From Camelus ferus (lineage: Eukaryota): a stretch of DNA of 64,000 nucleotides. Every line of letters begins with the position of its first letter. Position 1 is the stretch's first letter. A program made the position numbers and the translations under genes. Shown here piece after piece: positions 60,854-64,000 of the stretch. The DNA lies in contig NC_045698.1 in the NCBI RefSeq assembly GCF_009834535.1, positions 8,868,001 through 8,932,000 of the forward strand. The letters run 5' to 3'. The notes beneath the pieces are model-generated. The model made no database searches. It was not told the DNA's origin and worked only from the letters and a program-made list of their open reading frames with translations.

Positions 60854-62204
60854 ATGATAATGAAATATTGCTTCAACACCTGAAAATGTCCAGCATCTGA
60901 TGAGGTTTTTAATGCACAAGTATTTAACGTAACATTTTTCACAAAAAAGTGGGCAAAACAAATGGATCCTTAGGAATGAAATATTCCCACTTTAATAATT
61001 ATTTAGCAGGGTGCTTTTGAATCCCCCAAGGAATAGTTTATATTCAAACAAACCTAGGAATTTGTCCTCCTGATTTCTAGTATTCCCCGCCTCTTATTTG
61101 AGGCAAGATAATTCTTCTTGAGAAAAGTCAAATAATTTTAGTGTTAGAATTCTTACCTAAGCTCAATTATACAGAATATTATAAAGAAGGTTAGGAAGAT
61201 GGAAACTATCAGAGTTTGCTTCATTTTCAATTACTTTAATATCCCGAAGTGTCATATGTATAAAGTACGTGTTGAGTAGGATGATGGTATTTGTGATTTG
61301 ATATAGTGAAAGATTTTTGAGCCATTTTACCTTTTGATAATCTAAATGATCTTGTCTGTTTTATAGATTAGCTTGGTGATATAAGACAACTTACTTAATT
61401 ACTGGTTAGGGCTTTCTTCTTATGCCTGTCAGCTGTGAATAGTATAATTATAAAATGTGTAGGTACAGTGAAAAGGAAAAACAGAAACTCATTGGTATAA
61501 CTTGAGGAAAGTAAATTATGCAGGGTTGCTTTAAGGTGGGGTGAAAAGTGGAGAAATATACCAACACAGGATGCTTAATGTTCCATATATGTGAAATGCA
61601 CAGCTAAAAAAAATATATTATTTTGTTGTATCAAGTAAATGTATTTGAAACCTATATCTGTAAACAAGAACAAAAGGAGATTGAATTATATACCATATAT
61701 GCTATGGTACACGATGGATGCAAGCTATTTAAATGAAAAAATGTCACATCTGAAGCCAGTTATGTCTCCCTACTGTAGAATTAACTTCCCATATTTTCAT
61801 ATATTATTTTTGAAAATAACATAAGACTTGATTGGAACTTGCGTCCTTTCTTGTATTGCCTAGTATACCCAAGCTAACTCTGATGGGGCCTTTGTTGATA
61901 CAGTATTCTTCGTCATACTTCTTATTTTAAAGAGAAAAAAATTTTTATTTCTTTGGATTCTTTAAACTGACCTCATATTAATAATTATACTTTGCTGAAA
62001 TTTTTCTGGCGCATCTGTGCCAAAAATTTATACTTGTTCTCTGATATCTGTCCTATCTCCATTTACATATGTTCCTTTACAAGTATTTTATTGACAGCAG
62101 CATTATTACATGGTTCAGACGCACAGAAGAGCCAGAGCGAATAACTGTGACATGAACACAACCTTGTGACCACCCCCTCCACCACCACTCAGGCTGTGTA
62201 AAGC

Positions 62205-62560
62205 TGGGCTTCTGGCAAGCACAGAGGGGCGCAGGGATTTGAATGCACCTGGTTTAGGATGAAGTGCTCTTCAGGAAAATCTGGGAGGGTGGGACGGAGG
62301 CATAGGGGGACTGAATTAAGGACATGCTTAAGAAAAGTTTAGGCCTGGCTCTATCAATAGGAAAAGGGTTCTGGAGTATGGAGTCTGTACTGCCATGCTT
62401 TCCCCTTTGAAGCCAGGTGCCTCGCTGTGAATAAAGCGAAAAGCTTGCTTTTCTGGTGGGAGGGGTCCTTTCTGTTGAAGGCGGGTTTCCAGAGAAGAGG
62501 TGTAGCTGTGAGCAATAGGAAGCCAGTATTTCCAGCAACTGAGGGGTAAGTGAGCCAGGA
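62205..62560 (-). mobile_element. Ancient ERVL-type LTR fragment
   Basis: 'tgtagctgtgagcaataggaagccagtatttccagcaactgagggg' resembles LTR16/LTR33-group LTRs. Confidence 0.4.
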
Positions 62561-62855
62561 CCTGGACGGGGCCCCAGAGGCTGTCCTCTCCAGAGGTTAA
62601 CGAGTAGAATTATTCTCGGAAGTGATACTGGTCTTCTCCACAGCATGGTGATCTCTGGGGACCTACAGCTGGCCTCTCTTAGGGGAAGCAGAAGCCCCCG
62701 ACCTCTTCAGTTTAGGTCCTGTATTGATAGTGTCACTTGCAATACATTCTATCAATCAAAGAAAGTCACAAGGCCAGCATTGATTTAAGGTAAGTGGTGT
62801 CTGTATTAGAGACGGGAGGGAGAAATTACTGAACTATTTAGCGTACTATCTGAAA
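62560..62855 (-). mobile_element. MaLR LTR fragment (MLT1G/H-like)
   Basis: 'cttctccacagcatggtg...agtgtcacttgcaatacattctatcaatcaaagaaagtcacaaggccagcattgatttaagg'. Confidence 0.6.
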
Positions 62856-64000
62856 GATAGCATGATCTTTATTGAAAATGCTTGGTAGGTAACCTTTTCC
62901 TTTTTTTGCAGGTGGAAAAGCAACCGCACAATACATTGAATTTTCCCAGAGAGCTTTGCCTGCAAGATAACATCAGCTTCCCTTCTCGACTGTGAATCTG
63001 GGCTAAATCCCATCAGTTGAATCAAAGCCCTCCTTCCCTCCCTAGGGCCGAGTAGGACACGGCATCACGGGCATGCACGCAACACAGCCTGAACAGTTTG
63101 ATCCTCATTCCTCCCCAAGATTCCTCCGCATCTTATATCGATTCTCATAGCTTTTTGTTCCCTTTTGGGACCAAGAGACTTCACTCCTACCCCTAATCAT
63201 CTTTCTCCTCAAGAAAGCTCCTGTCAGGGTAAAGGGGCGGAGGTATCAGGACGGCATCAGTAAGCAAACACTTTCAGGTTTGACCGGCCTGGGGATTGTA
63301 TGCGGCTAGAACAAATGCACATTCATTTAGCTCACCCAGAACTCCCAGTCAGGTGGGAAGATGGGAAGATCATCATTACTGTTTCTCTGGCAGCTTTAAG
63401 AATCCCTTTCTTCAACAGTCACATTCCTGTCTGGCTGGGCTTTGCCATATACTTTTTATTTTACTAACTCGGGCTCAATTTATATGGCAGGGACATTTTC
63501 TAAAAGAAGTACACCATAACTGGGGTCTTTTTTATCCAATTTTCATAATAACAGCTTTTGTATTTCCCCCCTTTTAGTATGAGTGAGGGGAGTTTTTGGA
63601 AGCAGTGGAGCTGGCTGCAAGTCTTTATCTTGATACTTGGACTCAATTTCTCATTTTCCAGTAGGTAATCTTTGTTAGCTTGTAATCCTAATATGAGCCA
63701 GTAAGATCCAACTAGTAGTCAATGTCTCATTTGTTGTTTCCCACAAGAGTCTGTCTGTCTCAGGGAAATCTCCTCTGAGATAGTCAAAGCTCCTTCATAG
63801 GACAATCTGCAAAAAAAAAAAAAATGAGAACTTTTAATTTTGTCTATGAGTAGATCTAAGATTAGCATGTAGACTGCAGGAGGGATAGAGATGTATGTTG
63901 GTCTGTTTCCATCCTTTCTTAACAAATATTACACTCCCTAACCTCTGGTCTCTAGGCCAACTAACCAAAGTTCTCATGGATCACAAGGGGTGGACTGTAG

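Noticed and set aside
62254..62646. 130-aa ATG-started minus-strand ORF
   Set aside because: Spans two decayed LTR fragments and has no recognisable homology
62911..63000. Strong plus-strand acceptor 'tttttttgcag|GTGGAAAAG'
   Set aside because: No nearby consensus donor or recognisable peptide; such acceptors are frequent by chance

Overview
AT-rich, CpG-depleted placental-mammal genomic DNA that reads as a gene desert or the interior of a very long intron. I find no protein-coding gene, tRNA, rRNA or CRISPR-type feature, and no previously undescribed system that I can support. The six-frame ORFs are short chance frames or decayed transposon frames: L1 ORF2 remnants at ~13.3-13.5 kb and 26.6 kb, and an ERVL dUTPase remnant at ~31.6-31.8 kb. 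Roughly half of the window (by-eye estimate) is interspersed repeat. Ancient families present are MIR, L2, L1M/L1ME/L1MC, MaLR (MLT1) and ERVL LTRs, and Tc2/hAT DNA-transposon fossils. Younger elements are L1 3' ends, two ERV1-type solo LTRs and a MER21-like LTR, several of them nested in older repeats. No young SINE is recognisable in 64 kb; together with the L1 and LTR types this suggests a cetartiodactyl, most plausibly a camelid (inference). Repeat family names come from visual recall of consensus sequences and their boundaries are approximate, so RepeatMasker/Dfam should confirm them. The most worthwhile leads are a near-consensus CTCF site, repeat-free candidate enhancer blocks, a few exon-like segments (possible lncRNA or pseudoexons), a chimeric L1 with a repair-scar tandem repeat, and an ERVL internal-PPT-LTR remnant.
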